Origin: Candidatus Bathyarchaeota archaeon
GTDB taxonomy: Archaea > Thermoproteota > Bathyarchaeia > 40CM-2-53-6
Direction of reading: 5' to 3'
Length of the DNA: 64,000 nucleotides
NCBI GenBank assembly: GCA_963835925.1
Contig: CAWIHH010000004.1
Coordinates: forward strand, 208,489-272,488
In this document: one piece after another, positions 62,143 to 64,000 of the stretch
How the letters are laid out: every line of letters starts with the position of its first letter
Position numbering within the stretch: position 1 is the first letter of the stretch
The notes under the pieces: model-generated
Told to the model about the DNA's origin: nothing
Database searches by the model: none
What the model saw: the letters and a program-made list of their open reading frames with translations, nothing else
Translations under genes and position numbers: made by a program

Positions 62143-63472
62143 ATGTCTTCAGAACAAGACTGTTTAAGGACCTATTTGCCACAGCTTGAAAGAGAAAACC
62201 TACTCGTCAGAATCAGCAAACCAGTTGATGCAGAATTTGAAGCTGCCGCTTTAATCAAACAGGCATCAAAACTCGGAAAAGCGATCCTTTTCGAGAAAAT
62301 GAAAGGGAGCACTCACCGAGTAGTAGCTAATGTTGCGGGTAACAGGAGAATGATTTACTCCGCCCTGAGGCTATCTACTGAGAATTTCTTGCAGGAAATC
62401 TCAGATAGGGCTTCAATCAATTCGAAAACTAAGATTGTCAAGAATGCACCCGTCCAAGAGGTATTACGAGGAGAAAACTGACTTTTCCAAAGTCCCGATC
62501 CTGACACATTTCGAGAGAGACGGTGGCCCCTACATAACGGCGGGCATAGTTGTCGCTAAGGACCCTGAAACAGGCTACCGTAACTCTTCTTTCAATAGAA
62601 TGATGCTGAGAGCAGACTCACGGTTTGGGATTAGAATGATGCCGCCTCAACACCTAGGAATGATCCAACAAAAAGCCGAGACCGAAAAGAGAAACTTGGA
62701 GGTTGCGGTGGTGATAGGTAATCATCCGACAGAGATGATCGCATCCGCCAGCGCACTTCCATATGGGAAAGACCATTTGGATTTCGCCAGCTCTTTACGA
62801 GGAGAGCCCTTAGAACTGGTGAAATGCAAGACCGTGGATCTAGAGGTGCCGGCTAATGCTGAGATGGTCATTGAAGGCGAAATAGAAGCCGACGTGCGGG
62901 AAGAGGAAGGGCCGTTTGGAGAATTCATGGATTACTATGTTGAACGAAACAAGAACCATGTGTTGAACGTGAAGTCAGTCTCCAAGCGGAGCGACTACAT
63001 TTACCAGGCACTTCTCTGCGGATCCAGCGAAGACTTGGGAATACTTGCACTAAATCGAGAGATACTGATCTACAGAGCGTTAGAGGCGGCCGGATATGAC
63101 GTGGTGGATGTTTCCTTAATGCCCTTCTTGTTTAACGGGATCATTTCAATAAGGAAAAGATTTGAGGGCGAACCAAAGAATTTGATGATGGCCGCCTTCG
63201 GAAGCTACTCGTGGCTGAAGTACTGCGTCGTCGTAGATGAAGACGTGAATGTGCATGACCTCGCCGATGTTTGGTGGGCCCTAGGGACCCGTAGCCAACC
63301 TGACAAAGCGCTATTGACAGTCCCCGATGCCCTGGGCTTTCCAAGAAGAGACAAGGTGCAGATACATCGCGGGAAAATCGGTATCGACGCAACGGTACCC
63401 TTGGGAATAAAGAAACAGTTCGAGAGAAAAAAGATTCCCAACGAAAGCGACATCGACCTCTCCAGATACTGA
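62143..63472 (+). CDS. ubiD: UbiD-family prFMN-dependent (de)carboxylase (frameshift ~62478)
   Basis: DGGPYIT, N.S..R, VPANAE..IEG, EGPFGEF, VVVDEDV...WA, GIDAT. Confidence 0.9.
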
Positions 63473-63594
63473 CTCAATTTGACAGTAGCATGTTGTCCCC
63501 ACAAAGTTAGGCTCTATGGGGGATTGTTCACGCTGGGCAAGGGATATTGGCATGAAAGGGTAAACGCTAAACCCCCCTAAGAAAACTGCTTGGC

Positions 63595-64000
63595 ATGTTT
63601 GAAAGGGCAATTGAAGAAAAGTTGGGCGGGCATCCCAAATGTTCGCATTGTAAAGAAAAGTCTGCTCTAATGTTATTTTCTAGAAAAGAGATGACAATTG
63701 GCTGTTACACATGCCCTTCTGGATATGTGTCACGAATCGTCACATACGGAAAGGAACTTGACCTTATTGGATTCAAATCGCTCCTTTCGTCATGGGTTCA
63801 GGGAGTCACCGATCTCAAGGATGAGGATGTCCGAGTTGCGACTCGATACACCTGGGATTTGGGAATTGAAGGCGGTCAACCTGGGATGGTTTTGAGGGAG
63901 GCTTATTGGACGCAAGGTTACCGTCGGACAAGAAGCAATGATCCGAATCGTATTGCACTTTTTGTCTGCGGCAAATGTGGGGCCTTCTATAACAAGGCCC
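63595..64000 (+). CDS. Partial zinc-finger hypothetical protein (runs off the window)
   Basis: Hand translation: MFERAIEEKLGGHPKCSHCKEK...GCYTCPSG...FVCGKCGAFYNKA, open to the window end. Confidence 0.65.
   Translation, partial: MFERAIEEKLGGHPKCSHCKEKSALMLFSRKEMTIGCYTCPSGYVSRIVTYGKELDLIGFKSLLSSWVQGVTDLKDEDVRVATRYTWDLGIEGGQPGMVLREAYWTQGYRRTRSNDPNRIALFVCGKCGAFYNKA

Noticed and set aside
12378-63472. About 15 frameshifts read as programmed frameshifting or mass pseudogenisation
   Set aside because: They are single-base shifts scattered across unrelated genes, with both halves intact and no shared slippery motif; this is typical of long-read indel error

Overview
Archaeal DNA, most likely a TACK-group organism such as Bathyarchaeia. 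This is inferred from a CdvB-type ESCRT-III gene, a PGF-CTERM-like sorting signal, BRE/TATA promoters and oligo-T terminators. About 15 single-base frameshifts split otherwise intact genes, which suggests an unpolished long-read assembly. The main feature is a ~26 kb island (2.85-29.4 kb) with four paralogous two-gene operons, each a Tat-signal DMSO-reductase-family molybdo/tungstoenzyme plus an Fe-S beta subunit. Two catalytic subunits closely resemble pyrogallol:phloroglucinol transhydroxylase (AthL) and two are DmsA-like. All four beta subunits lack the quinone-proximal FS4 cluster, and no membrane-anchor gene is present. All four operons share one upstream architecture: a TATA-like box, a TTGT-N4-ACAA palindrome 29 bp later (27 bp in one copy), then a long 5'-leader hairpin ending ~25 nt before the start codon. 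A ~378 bp promoter plus Tat-leader cassette is near-identical between two unlike paralogs, giving a 2x2 promoter-by-enzyme mosaic. Inside the island are three B12-binding radical SAM genes, a U32-family gene, an AMMECR1 gene, an unannotated 50-aa double zinc ribbon, a TorD chaperone and an IS110 remnant. The rest of the window holds an AbiE-like toxin-antitoxin pair, an amidohydrolase-coxMSL/coxG locus, secreted S8, G1 and M6 peptidases, an orphan Tat Rieske protein, ESCRT-III, and a Liv-type ABC importer followed by a UbiD decarboxylase. Together these hint at hydroxy-aromatic (polyphenol) metabolism.
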